This document shows positions 10,581-20,051 of a stretch of 64,000 nt of DNA, piece by piece (positions within the stretch are counted from its first letter, which is position 1; each line of letters opens with the position of its first letter). Below the pieces are notes generated by a model. The model saw only the letters and a list, made by a program, of their open reading frames with translations, did no database searches and was not told the DNA's origin. The translations under genes and the position numbers were made by a program. This DNA comes from Planctomycetota bacterium (GTDB lineage: Bacteria; Planctomycetota; UBA1135; UBA2386), in the NCBI GenBank assembly GCA_965223545.1, contig OZ245006.1, forward strand, positions 6,528,001 to 6,592,000, in the 5' to 3' direction.

Positions 10581-10623
10581 GGGGTTACTTGGGCTACTCA
10601 AAGTAGCCCAGAAAGTAGCCCAG
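10581..10623. repeat. Short repeat cluster (GGGCTACT / AGTAGCCC), candidate integrase arm-type sites
   Basis: ggggttact, tgggctact, aaagtagcccag x2 lying ~110-150 bp inside the att fragment. Confidence 0.5.
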
Positions 10624-10796
10624 CCTGTGCGGCCACTTGTCGCGCCTGCCATTCGGCATGAGTGCGTTAAGAAAACTTCGCGAGCCGCCACCGTTTCCTC
10701 GAGCCGTGCGGTCGAGTTTGGCGTGGCGGCGCGCACCCGGCTTGGCCTCGACCGGCGACGTCGAACGACAACCGATGTTCGAGATCGGGAAGTCGT

Positions 10797-11056
10797 CTCG
10801 AGCTTGCGCTCGAGGCCCGTTCTGTCCAGCCCTCGTTCCCCCGGTCGAAGGCTCCGACGCAACGGGTCGCGCCAGCGATGAACGACGGTGGGACCGCAGG
10901 GCGATGAGGAGGGGCGACATCGCTGTCACGCCCCCTTGCTGAGTCTTCGCCTACGCCCTCCTCCACGAGGACAGGACGCTTTCGCCCCGGTGGGCGGCGG
11001 ACCGGTTCTTCGCTGCGGGTGAGAGAACCGGACCACCACCCACTCGGGCCGAAAGC
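10797..11056 (+). repeat. ~260-bp structured intergenic repeat, copy 1 (candidate ssDNA promoter/ssi-like or ncRNA)
   Basis: Similar to 12503-12763; long hairpin 10978-11056 (gctttcg...ccggttct...agaaccgg...cgaaagc). Confidence 0.85.
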
Positions 11057-11106
11057 GATCGCAGGCGGATTCAACGGTGGTGGTTGCAACAAGAACAGGG
11101 GGACGG

Positions 11107-11301
11107 ATGAGCACCACGACCAAACCACCACAACTCACGAGCGAAGCAGCATGGGAGCTCGCCATCGAGTACTTCCGCGACTGGGACACGCAAGACCTTC
11201 GCGAAATCGCTGAGCTGGCACTCGTCGACGACTACCTCGCCGAGGCCGACGTGTTCGAAGAAGACTGGGCGATGGTCTTCGGCGAAGGGAGGCAGTCATG
11301 A
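11107..11301 (+). CDS. Small acidic hypothetical protein
   Basis: RBS-like GGGGG, ATGA overlap with the MTase, strongly acidic. Confidence 0.6.
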   Translation: MSTTTKPPQLTSEAAWELAIEYFRDWDTQDLREIAELALVDDYLAEADVFEEDWAMVFGEGRQS

Positions 11302-11960
11302 GCCTCTACGCGAAAAACGACACCATGACTTCGGTAGTCTCCTACCCGAGACGCTGCAGCGCCTGGGGAGACCGGCGGTTTCACGGCAACTGCGATGGGA
11401 CACTCTTCAAGGACCTGGTTCTTCGCTACCGGCCTCGTCGGGTTGCAGACCCCATGATGGGCTCTGGCACGACACGAGATGTCATCGAGGGGCTTGCGCG
11501 AACCACTGGTGCGCCTGCCCTCGACTACTGGGGGAGCGACCTTTCAGCCGACTTCGACCTACGCAACGGCCCTCTACCCGGCGCATTCGACTTCATCTGG
11601 GTGCATCCTCCCTACTGGAACATCGTCCGCTACAGCGACGACCCTCGGGACCTAAGCGCTATCGACGACTACGGCGAGTTCGTCGACGCGCTCCAGGTCT
11701 CCCTTGCTCGGTGCGCAAGCGCACTTCGCCCAGGTGGGAGGCTTGCTGTTCTCATCGCCGATGTCCGTCGGCGCGGCGTGTACTACCCGCTTGGCCGCGA
11801 AGTTCTTCGAATGGAGTTCTTGGGAGAGCTTGCCTCGGTCATCGTGAAGCACCAGCACAACTGCCGGTCCGATGCGAAGACCTACGGCCATATGCAAGAA
11901 GTGCCCATCAAGCACGAATACTGCTGCATCTTTCGAAACACGGGGCGAGCCGGCGCGTGA
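11298..11960 (+). CDS. Orphan DNA amino-methyltransferase (N4-C/N6-A type)
   Basis: DPMMGSGTT SAM-binding motif, HPPYW catalytic motif, terminal KHEY. Confidence 0.85.
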   Translation: MSLYAKNDTMTSVVSYPRRCSAWGDRRFHGNCDGTLFKDLVLRYRPRRVADPMMGSGTTRDVIEGLARTTGAPALDYWGSDLSADFDLRNGPLPGAFDFIWVHPPYWNIVRYSDDPRDLSAIDDYGEFVDALQVSLARCASALRPGGRLAVLIADVRRRGVYYPLGREVLRMEFLGELASVIVKHQHNCRSDAKTYGHMQEVPIKHEYCCIFRNTGRAGA

Positions 11961-11962
11961 AC

Positions 11963-12394
11963 CTAACCTTTTTGGGCTGAGTTCGGCCCGAGGGCTTCGC
12001 TTCGAGCGAGATGCAGGAGGTCGCCCCGGGTCTCGAACTCGGGCCTCGCGAGCACCTGCTTCCACCGGTTGCTGATTCCCTGAAGCAGCTTGCCCTTCGC
12101 CTTTAGGCGCCGCTCAACCTCGGCCTTGGCCTGGTTTTCGTCTTTCGGACCATTTCGAAGTTCGCTTCGAAGCTCCCCGACAACGTCCGCGGTCGTCACG
12201 CCCCGCCCCGTGCTTCGGGCCGCTCGCTTTGCCCCTGAGCTCGCTGGCTTCTGGCCGGTTAGTGCTGCGAGGCCCCGCTCCACGCGCAGGCGCTTCTCTT
12301 CCACCTCTGCCAGTGCGCTGCGAGCTCGCTCAGCCTGTTCACCAAGGCGGACGTACTCCTGGCGAAGCGCATCAACGTGTTCTTCGAACTCCAT
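11963..12394 (-). CDS. Hypothetical protein, N-terminal coiled coil and basic C-terminal domain
   Basis: Heptad-rich N-terminus; fills the gap between the MTase and repeat copy 2. Confidence 0.6.
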   Translation of the reverse strand: MEFEEHVDALRQEYVRLGEQAERARSALAEVEEKRLRVERGLAALTGQKPASSGAKRAARSTGRGVTTADVVGELRSELRNGPKDENQAKAEVERRLKAKGKLLQGISNRWKQVLARPEFETRGDLLHLARSEALGPNSAQKG

Positions 12395-12502
12395 GAAAGC
12401 GAGTAGGGTGAGCGCAGCGGCGTCGCTTCGCTTTTTGCGCGCAAACGGCGAGACAAGCGCGTCGAGCCTCGAATCGGGACCCGTGTGAACCGGGCCAGGG
12501 GA

Positions 12503-12763
12503 CTCGAGCTGGCGCTCGAGGCTGCGTCGTGTCCAGCCCTCGCTCCTCCGGGCTGCAGGCTTCGCCGCAACGGGTCGCGCCAGCGGTGCGCGCGTCTCAA
12601 ACTCGCTTCGTGATGGAGGAGGGCACCGCTGTCACGCCCCCTTGCCAGGACTTCGCCTGTGCCCTCCTCCGCGAGGACAGGAAGCTTTCGCCCCGGTGGG
12701 CGGCGGACCGGTTCTCCGCTGCGGGTGAGAGAACCGGACCACCACCCACTCGGGGCCGAAAGC
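12503..12763 (+). repeat. ~260-bp structured intergenic repeat, copy 2
   Basis: Matches 10797-11056; lies upstream of the ArdC-like gene. Confidence 0.85.
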
Positions 12764-12824
12764 ACTTTAGCTCTTCGAGATCCGAGCAGGCGGGGGTGGT
12801 TCCCAAGACCAGATGGAGGACACC

Positions 12825-13682
12825 ATGCCAGACGACAACCCCAGTCGAGCCCGCCAGCAGACGAACCAGGAACGCCGAAACTCGAAGGCGGCCGAAGCTG
12901 CGGAACGCATCGAACTAGCTCTTTCGAGTCTTGCCGAAGACTTGGATTCTGGACAGAGCGCAACGCTTGCCGCCTTCTTGCAGGCGATGGGGCGTTTTCA
13001 CCGATACAGCTTGCGAAACGCCATGCTCATCCAAGCTCAGCGCCCCGACGCGACTCGGGTGGCGGGGTTCGGCACCTGGAAGAAGCTCAGGCGATTCGTG
13101 AAGAAAGGTGAGAAGGGAATCGTCATCGTAAGCCCCATCGTCGCCGCCAACGACGACGATGCCGACTGCGACGAGGTTCGGGGTTTTCGCGCCGCGCACG
13201 TCTTCGACATCTTGCAGACTGACGGCGAACCGCTTCCAGAAACAGAATGTGTCACCGGTGACCCTGGCGAGGCGACGAACCTCCTCAAGAGCTTCGCGGG
13301 CCGCCGCGGAATCGATGTTCAGCACTCGCCACTCCTCGGGACCGCTGACGGTGCTTCCAACGGTGGCCGCATCGAGCTTCGTGAAGGACTTGAGCCCGCC
13401 AAGGAATTCGCCGTTCTGGCGCACGAGCTTGCGCATGAACTCCTTCATCGCGGCCCCGAACGTCCGGACCTTACGGTTCGAGAAACCGAAGCTGAGGCGG
13501 TCGCCTTCTCGGTGTCGCATGCCATCGGCCTCGACACCGGTTCTTCCGCGACCGACTACATCCAGCTCTACCGAGGCGACAAGGAAACGCTTCTAGGCTC
13601 GCTGGAGCGAGTCCACGACGTCGCGTCGGAGTTGCTCCAGTTCCTCACCGATGCGCCGGAGGCGAGTGCGGCGGCCGCGTGA
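12825..13682 (+). CDS. ArdC-like ssDNA-binding protein with zincin HExxH domain
   Basis: FHRYSLRNAMLI...VAGFGTWKKL..VKKGEKGI..VFDILQT; HELAH..H and ETEAE; GGAGGA RBS. Confidence 0.85.
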   Translation: MPDDNPSRARQQTNQERRNSKAAEAAERIELALSSLAEDLDSGQSATLAAFLQAMGRFHRYSLRNAMLIQAQRPDATRVAGFGTWKKLRRFVKKGEKGIVIVSPIVAANDDDADCDEVRGFRAAHVFDILQTDGEPLPETECVTGDPGEATNLLKSFAGRRGIDVQHSPLLGTADGASNGGRIELREGLEPAKEFAVLAHELAHELLHRGPERPDLTVRETEAEAVAFSVSHAIGLDTGSSATDYIQLYRGDKETLLGSLERVHDVASELLQFLTDAPEASAAAA

Positions 13683-13823
13683 GCGTTGGCCCATCGGAAA
13701 GAGCGCCCGCATCCGATAGCTGAGAGAGCGCAATCGGATGACCCAAGTCGCTGTGGCATCTGGATTTGACGAGGAATCGAAGCGAGGAATGTCGGAGATC
13801 CACGCGGATGCAGGAAGCGCTCG

Positions 13824-14474
13824 GTGGAGCGGCGCCACTACTCCCTCGCGGTGGGTTCCCTTCGCGAACGTGACCGAGTGTTGCTCGAACTCCTGGCCCG
13901 GTTCACGCGCGTTCTGTCGGTTGGACAGGTCAAAGAGATCGCGGGCTCCGAACGAGCCGCCAGGCGCTGGCTCGCGCGGCTCGAAAGGGAGAGCCTTGTT
14001 GAGCGCTACCAAGTGGTCGCAAGACCTCTGGCTCCTCCCCGTTGCATTTTTCGCTTCAACCCCGGTGACCCGGAGCCGGACTTTCGAAAGCTAAGCCAAG
14101 CGCTTTGCGATAGACATCGCGGGCACGGACGAACGGTTTCGGTAGCGAGGCTTTCCGCAACGGGCGCAAGACTCTTTGGGCTTCGGAAGCAGCCGCGCCG
14201 CGTCCGGGCGAGCGAGACAACCCACGACCTTCAGCTTGCGAGTGTCGCCCTTGCCCTTTGGCACTCGGGCTCGGTTCGCCGCTGGCGAACTGAAGACGAA
14301 CTCCACGGCGAGTGGTACGGCGTCCTGCCGGACGCAGAAGTGACTCTTCGAACCGGGGAGCGCTTCGTTCTCGAAGGAGGCGGTGCCTACAGCGCAGCGA
14401 AACTCGCTCACTTCCACGAACACGTTGCTCCAGAACTGGAAGAGAGGAGGTTCAGCTCCTATGCCATCTGCTAA
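13824..14474 (+). CDS. Replication-relaxation (Replic_Relax)-like protein
   Basis: wHTH-like N-terminus (RDRVLLELLARF...), HDL, PDA...E pattern. Confidence 0.55.
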   Translation: MERRHYSLAVGSLRERDRVLLELLARFTRVLSVGQVKEIAGSERAARRWLARLERESLVERYQVVARPLAPPRCIFRFNPGDPEPDFRKLSQALCDRHRGHGRTVSVARLSATGARLFGLRKQPRRVRASETTHDLQLASVALALWHSGSVRRWRTEDELHGEWYGVLPDAEVTLRTGERFVLEGGGAYSAAKLAHFHEHVAPELEERRFSSYAIC

Positions 14475-15141
14475 GCCAGGTCCAGAGGACATGCGCTGCC
14501 TGGACGTTATCCAGAGGCTTGAAGTCGTAACGCGCGCGCTTCTGCAACACGCCCTTTCGGGGAAAGACCCGAACAACATCCTTGGTCGGCTGAAGGGACG
14601 AGTGGACTCAGTTCCTGCCGTCCTGCCGTCGCGGATTTGCTATTACACCCCGGCTCCCGCGGTATCACTTGGGCCTCAGGCGCTTCGCGAACGGCTCATG
14701 ACGGCATGGTTCGTCCTGACATCTAAGAAGCACCACCGAGCGAAACTCAAGAAGCCGGAGCTGCAGGCACTCTTTGGCCCGCAAGCGCCTTCGGGCACGC
14801 ACGTACTGGAAGCCAGTCCGGGCTCACAGCCCCGAGTTCTCCAGGTATACGCACCGCAGACTGCGGATGTCGCAAGAGGCATCATGCGGCACTACGACAA
14901 GGCGGCATCTCTTCCGCGAGTGCAGCAGGCCATCATGTCGCGAAGGTTCGGATTCGCCATTCTTCTTCCCTGGACTTCGGACCAGAAAAAGCCACTCGTT
15001 CAGGCGTTACACGGGAACCCGCCGACAAAGGCGCTTGAGCCAGTGTCCGATCTTGCCGCCGAGTCCTTCTTCCGAGTGGAACGCGCTGCTACACCGGAGA
15101 CGCTCCAGATCGCTTCCGCTTCACTTCAGAATAGGCCATGA
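14461..15141 (+). CDS. Hypothetical protein
   Basis: Overlaps both neighbours in an operon-like arrangement. Confidence 0.55.
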   Translation: MPSAKPGPEDMRCLDVIQRLEVVTRALLQHALSGKDPNNILGRLKGRVDSVPAVLPSRICYYTPAPAVSLGPQALRERLMTAWFVLTSKKHHRAKLKKPELQALFGPQAPSGTHVLEASPGSQPRVLQVYAPQTADVARGIMRHYDKAASLPRVQQAIMSRRFGFAILLPWTSDQKKPLVQALHGNPPTKALEPVSDLAAESFFRVERAATPETLQIASASLQNRP

Positions 15142-16574
15142 ACTGGGTTCCAAACGCTGCCTTCACGCAGCCCGAGCGTGTCTTCGAACTCGTGATGGAT
15201 GAGCTGCGCGCCCGCCGAATCAAGGACATGCTCTACCTCGGGTTTACCGAAGCTGGTGCATTGTTCTTGCCAGCGTCGGCCTTGGATGCGCACGCGTACT
15301 GTCTTGGTGGAACCCGGTCGGGTAAGTCCTGCAGAGCCCTCATGCCGCTGCTTGCGCAGATGATTCGCTGGGGAAAGCGAGTGTGGCTTATCGACTGCAA
15401 GCCGGAGCGAGCCCTGTGGCCCCACCTACAGGCGGAGGCACAACGCGCTGGCCGCAAAGCAACCATCTTCTCCCTGTACCCCGGAGGGCCGCCAAGCGAC
15501 TTTGAAATCGATGTGTTCGCGGACCTGCACGGTCGGTCGCCGCAAGAAGTGTCAAGCCATCTCGTATCCGCGCTCCAGCTCGATGGAGCCAAGGAGCAGT
15601 TCTTTTCTGACACTAACCGAACGTGTCTTTCGAGCGGCCTTGGAGCACTTCGAAAGAAAGGAGGGCCACCCAGCTTCGAACGCTTGGCCCCCGAACTTGT
15701 TCGCCTCAAGACCGCGTTCCCCCATGCCCAGCACGTGCGCGACGTAGTCAGTAGTCTAGCGAGCGAGCCGATGTTCAACCCGCGCAAGCGGCCGAGGTCG
15801 CTCGAAGAAGTCGCAGCGAGCAACGAGATCGTCTACTTTTGTGTTCCCATCTCGAGCGAGAAAGGAAACGTCGGGAAGGCTGCCGCAAACCTCATCCTTC
15901 GCCTTGCGGCGCTGTCTCAGCGCGATGCGGCGATGCGCGGCCAAGATCGAGAGAGGCTGTTCTTGGCAGTCGACGAGTTTCAAGGAATCTCCGATGCGCA
16001 ATCGGTGCGAAACGTCCTCGCGGAAGCTTCAGCGCATGGCGTTTCCCTTCTCCTCTCCCACCAGACGAAGGACCAGGTCCAGGATAGAGCACTTGCCGGA
16101 TTGCTGCGTCAGGTAGGTCTCATCGTCGACTTCTCGCCCATCGAAGACGAGTTTTGGCTGAAACGAAGCGGACAAGTTTGGAGAGATGTTCCCGTTTGGG
16201 GCGGCGACGACGAATTGGTTTCCGTGCGCGAGCAGCTTGAGTATCGGTTCGACTACCGCGACTTGAACTTCGCGACCCGAACCCCAGGCATGGCCGTTGT
16301 GGATAGCCCGCACGCTGCGGCGGAGCTCGAGCTACCCCAGGTCGCCTTCCTCCCGTATCACGTCAGCGCGGCTGAGGCGAAGCACCGGGAAACTCTATTT
16401 CGCACTCCGGTGAGCCTGCCTGCCGTGAGCTCGCGGCTTGCGAGACGCCCGCAGCGAAAACCTGCTTCTTCGTCGAAACCGGCGGCGAAGCGCGCGCCCA
16501 CACATCGCTCGGATCCGCTTCTTCAGCTCTACGAGCAGCTGAAGCGCGAAACTCTGCTGGCGCCTATCCTTTAG
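15138..16574 (+). CDS. VirD4/TraD-like P-loop ATPase
   Basis: Walker A GGTRSGKS, IDCK, Walker B LAVDEFQ, LLSHQ. Confidence 0.8.
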   Translation: MNWVPNAAFTQPERVFELVMDELRARRIKDMLYLGFTEAGALFLPASALDAHAYCLGGTRSGKSCRALMPLLAQMIRWGKRVWLIDCKPERALWPHLQAEAQRAGRKATIFSLYPGGPPSDFEIDVFADLHGRSPQEVSSHLVSALQLDGAKEQFFSDTNRTCLSSGLGALRKKGGPPSFERLAPELVRLKTAFPHAQHVRDVVSSLASEPMFNPRKRPRSLEEVAASNEIVYFCVPISSEKGNVGKAAANLILRLAALSQRDAAMRGQDRERLFLAVDEFQGISDAQSVRNVLAEASAHGVSLLLSHQTKDQVQDRALAGLLRQVGLIVDFSPIEDEFWLKRSGQVWRDVPVWGGDDELVSVREQLEYRFDYRDLNFATRTPGMAVVDSPHAAAELELPQVAFLPYHVSAAEAKHRETLFRTPVSLPAVSSRLARRPQRKPASSSKPAAKRAPTHRSDPLLQLYEQLKRETLLAPIL

Positions 16575-16575
16575 C

Positions 16576-16860
16576 GTGGCCATCAAGTTCCAGTTGAAGA
16601 ATCGGAATCCCTATCGGCTGCTCGGGATCTCATCCCAGGCCTCAACGAGAGAGGTCGCCGCTCGCCTCAAGCAGCTTGAGGCACAGGGATACATCGACGA
16701 AGCAAACCGTCTTCGCCACATCCTGCTCGATACCGAGGAGCGCTACCTCCACGCCTGCATCCAGAACGGCCTCGGCCTCCATTCTCTGGCTGAGTGCACC
16801 CCGTTCGAGCGAGAAGACGCGGTGCACAGGAGTTGGTGGGCGAAGATCCTTGGGTCGTGA
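16576..16860 (+). CDS. Small protein with J-domain-like N-terminus (no HPD motif)
   Basis: NPYRLLGISSQASTREV resembles DnaJ helices I-II. Confidence 0.5.
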   Translation: MAIKFQLKNRNPYRLLGISSQASTREVAARLKQLEAQGYIDEANRLRHILLDTEERYLHACIQNGLGLHSLAECTPFEREDAVHRSWWAKILGS

Positions 16861-17013
16861 TGAAGGCCAGTGATTCTCGTCGAGTTCGCGGAAGCGCCGG
16901 GGCCGCGCCTGGCCTACACCCCCTCAAACCAACTTCTCCTCTTGCTGCGCTCGCGCGGCCAGCGGATTCGCCGCTGGTCACCAGAACGCCAGCACTAGAA
17001 AAGGAGAAGTGCC

Positions 17014-17373
17014 ATGAACTCAACTCTTGTAGACGCACAACCGGGATACGAGCTCTTCCGCACGGAAGACGTGTACGCCATGGTCGAGCCAACTGGCGAG
17101 GCCGTTGTCGAGCTCGGTGAAGTGCTCATCAGTGAAGAAGTCCTCGCGGAGCTTCCGTTTTGGCGCGTTGCCCCGCTCGTCATCGAGCACGAGCAGCGGA
17201 AGACCGCCAGCATGAGATCCCGTGAGACTAAGGAGCTGCTTGATCTCGCACCGCACGGGTTTCACTTCTCGGTGCACGAGTCGTCTGACCCGTATTGCCG
17301 ACTGTGGATCACGACGGAGCCACCGTCGAGCAGCGAGTTCCGCTCAACAACGGTGGAGCTTGCGAGGCTCTGA
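17014..17373 (+). CDS. Hypothetical protein
   Basis: AAGGAG RBS; followed by a terminator-like hairpin. Confidence 0.65.
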   Translation: MNSTLVDAQPGYELFRTEDVYAMVEPTGEAVVELGEVLISEEVLAELPFWRVAPLVIEHEQRKTASMRSRETKELLDLAPHGFHFSVHESSDPYCRLWITTEPPSSSEFRSTTVELARL

Positions 17374-17389
17374 GTTGAATTCGCAACCC

Positions 17390-17429
17390 GCAGGAGGAGG
17401 ACGCTGTTCTCCTCCTGCACCTTTCTTCT
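17390..17429 (+). terminator. Intrinsic terminator candidate
   Basis: gcaggaggag/ctcctcctgc stem followed by a T-rich tail. Confidence 0.6.
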
Positions 17430-17493
17430 CTGGACCAAGGGCGCACACGGCGTCGACCTTGCGTTCCGCACTGAACCCGCGGTAGCGTGGCCC

Positions 17494-18537
17494 ATGGCGA
17501 CTCAGCTTCCCGAGAAACCCGAGGGTTACGATGAGTTCCTCGGCACCCTGAAGGAACGCATCCGCACCGCGCAAGTCGACGCCGCCCAAGCGGTGAACCG
17601 CGGGATGATCATGCTCTACTGGAGCATCGGAAACGACATCCTCGAGCGGCAACGAAGCCAGGGCTGGGGCGCGAAGGTCGTTGACCGCCTAGCCGCTGAC
17701 CTGAGACGAGCGTTCCCCTACACGCGGGGATTCTCCGTTCGTAACCTCAAGTATATGAGGTCTTTAGCGGAGGATTGGCCCGACGCCGAAATTGTGCAGC
17801 AGCTGCTGCACAAATTGCCGTGGTTCCACCTCTGCGCTCTTCACGACCGGGTCAAGGACCCCGCGGCGCGCCTCTGGTATGCCCGGAAGACCCTTGAGAA
17901 CTGTTGGAGCAGAAACGTCCTCTGCATCCACATCGATCGGGAACTCTACGAAGCCCAGGGCGCGGCCACCAGCAACTTCGCCGAGACGCTCCCTGCGCCG
18001 CAGTCTGACCTCGCTCGGCAGCTCATCAAGGACCCCTACAAACTCGACTTCCTTGGCATCGCCGAGGAGGCCGAGGAGCGAGCCATCGAGCGGGGACTCG
18101 TCCGACACATTCGCGATTTCCTGCTGGAACTTGGCCAAGGCTTCGCGTTCGTCGGCAATCAGGTGCCGCTCGAGATCGGTGGAGAAGGGTTCCGCCTCGA
18201 TCTTCTCTTCTACCACCTGAGACTCCGCTGCTTCCTGGTGATCGAGCTCAAGGCCGGGAAGTTCAGGCCGGATTACGTCGGCAAGTTGAACTTCTATCTC
18301 TCAGCTGTGGACGACATCCTTCGCCACCCGGACGACCAGCCGAGCATCGGCATGATCCTCTGCAAGGATCGAAACGACGTGGTGGCCGAATACTCGCTTC
18401 GTGGAACCGGTCAGCCGATGGCCGTCTCGCAGTTCGAGCTCACGAAGTCCCTTCCTGCCGGCCTTGCTGGGAAACTACCGTCCGTCGACGAGATCGCCGC
18501 CGAACTCGCTAGCAACTGCGACAAGACGTCAACCTGA
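17494..18537 (+). CDS. YhcG/DUF1016 PD-(D/E)xK nuclease family protein
   Basis: YWSIG, GFSVRNLKYMR, IKDPYKLDFL, FLLELGQGFAFVG, DLLFYH, VIELK. Confidence 0.92.
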   Translation: MATQLPEKPEGYDEFLGTLKERIRTAQVDAAQAVNRGMIMLYWSIGNDILERQRSQGWGAKVVDRLAADLRRAFPYTRGFSVRNLKYMRSLAEDWPDAEIVQQLLHKLPWFHLCALHDRVKDPAARLWYARKTLENCWSRNVLCIHIDRELYEAQGAATSNFAETLPAPQSDLARQLIKDPYKLDFLGIAEEAEERAIERGLVRHIRDFLLELGQGFAFVGNQVPLEIGGEGFRLDLLFYHLRLRCFLVIELKAGKFRPDYVGKLNFYLSAVDDILRHPDDQPSIGMILCKDRNDVVAEYSLRGTGQPMAVSQFELTKSLPAGLAGKLPSVDEIAAELASNCDKTST

Positions 18538-18683
18538 GTTCCCGTCCGGACTCTCTTTGAAGCGGCGCACTCGGGGTGCGACTACATCTACCAAACAGTC
18601 ACGCTCGTTGCTCTTCCGCCTGGTCTTGGGCGTGGATGGCTCCTCACAGAGTCATGCAACCTAAGGATCGATAGGAGGAAGAC

Positions 18684-18941
18684 ATGTCTGGGAACATCCA
18701 ATTCATGTGGAATGGGAAGTGGAGGCGGCGTCGGGTGCGAACGATGCTCACCCTCACACCAGATGGCAGAGTGAGAAAAGTAAAGGCCGAAGGGGAACTC
18801 ATACTCCTCTCCGGCCCGGAAAAGCCACTCATGAGCGTGGCGGCAAGCGAACGGCCAAGCCACGAGCTCCATTGGGGATTCGTTGCGTTCCTCGCGGGAG
18901 TCGTAACTGTTCGCGCCATTGACCTACTTTCGCACATGTAG
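18684..18941 (+). CDS. Small hypothetical membrane protein
   Basis: AGGAGG RBS, C-terminal hydrophobic segment. Confidence 0.45.
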   Translation: MSGNIQFMWNGKWRRRRVRTMLTLTPDGRVRKVKAEGELILLSGPEKPLMSVAASERPSHELHWGFVAFLAGVVTVRAIDLLSHM

Positions 18942-19148
18942 GTCTTCGCGGTGCTCGGTACTAACCGAGCACCGCCCTTCCTATCACGATCTCCGGATCC
19001 AAGTCAAGCTGGGCGGTCATGGTCCTCTTTCTTCGCGTTCGAGGACTGCACATAGCAACGCGGAACGGCAGGCGGCACCCATCGTGGTGTCGTCTGTCGT
19101 GTACCGCGGACTTGAAGCGTCATCGGCTTCCGTCTCCTACAAAGGAGC

Positions 19149-20051
19149 ATGCAGTTCTTCGCTAGGAATGGGCGCGTCATCAACATCGATGAGAACGACC
19201 GCCTTGGTCGGGGCCTCGAGGGTGCGGTCTATCCGGCTAGCTCCTGGAGCGCCGCCAAGATCCTCCGGCCAGAGACCCTGCAGAAGCACGGGGGCTTTCA
19301 CGAGCAGAAGATCGTTGCCCTTGCGGAGCTCGGTCGTCATGCGCGTACGGAGCCGCTTCAACGGATCATCTGGCCGCTTCATCCTCTCTACACCAAGCAG
19401 GGCGATTTCGCGGGTTTCGAGATGGTCCGCATTTCTGATGCAATCACGCTCCTTGATGCCGCCTCGGATGAGGATTGGCCCTTTTGCGAGCGGCAGGATG
19501 CAGCGTGGCAACTCGCGCGGATCTATCGCGATGCGCACGCGGTAGGCATCCTTGTCGGTGACGGCAAGCTCGAGAACGCGCTCTACAAGGAGTCGACGAG
19601 GCACGTCTGTATCGTCGACAGCAACTCACTGCATCTGCCCGCGTTCCCTGGCACCGCGATCACGATTGACTACGTGAGGCCCGAGGAGGCAAGACGGGCA
19701 GAGGCGCAAAAGACGAGCAAGGACGAGCCCGCTCGGTATCGCGTGTCTCGCGCGGCCGACAACCACGCTCTTGCAGTGCAGCTCTTTCAGTTGTTGCTCC
19801 TGAACGTCCACCCGTTTAGCGCTGGAGACTCAATCGAGGAATGCGTGAAGCATGGGTATTGCGCGTTCCCCTATGAGGAACACGGGAACCGGAAGCGTGT
19901 GCGTTCCGGACCGTACCTTCGACAGTGGCGACGCCTCCCGCGGCATCTGCAGGCCATGTTTAGCGCGGCGTTTCACCGCGACAGAGCGCCGGAGCCTGCT
20001 GAATGGGAGATCGCCCTTTCCTCTGGCATTAGAAAAAGGAAGGCAAGCTAG
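19149..20051 (+). CDS. Protein kinase of TerY-P triad type
   Basis: LGRGLEGAVY, AAKI, IIWP, GFEM, LVGD...N, IVDSNS, YVRPE, HPF. Confidence 0.8.
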   Translation: MQFFARNGRVINIDENDRLGRGLEGAVYPASSWSAAKILRPETLQKHGGFHEQKIVALAELGRHARTEPLQRIIWPLHPLYTKQGDFAGFEMVRISDAITLLDAASDEDWPFCERQDAAWQLARIYRDAHAVGILVGDGKLENALYKESTRHVCIVDSNSLHLPAFPGTAITIDYVRPEEARRAEAQKTSKDEPARYRVSRAADNHALAVQLFQLLLLNVHPFSAGDSIEECVKHGYCAFPYEEHGNRKRVRSGPYLRQWRRLPRHLQAMFSAAFHRDRAPEPAEWEIALSSGIRKRKAS

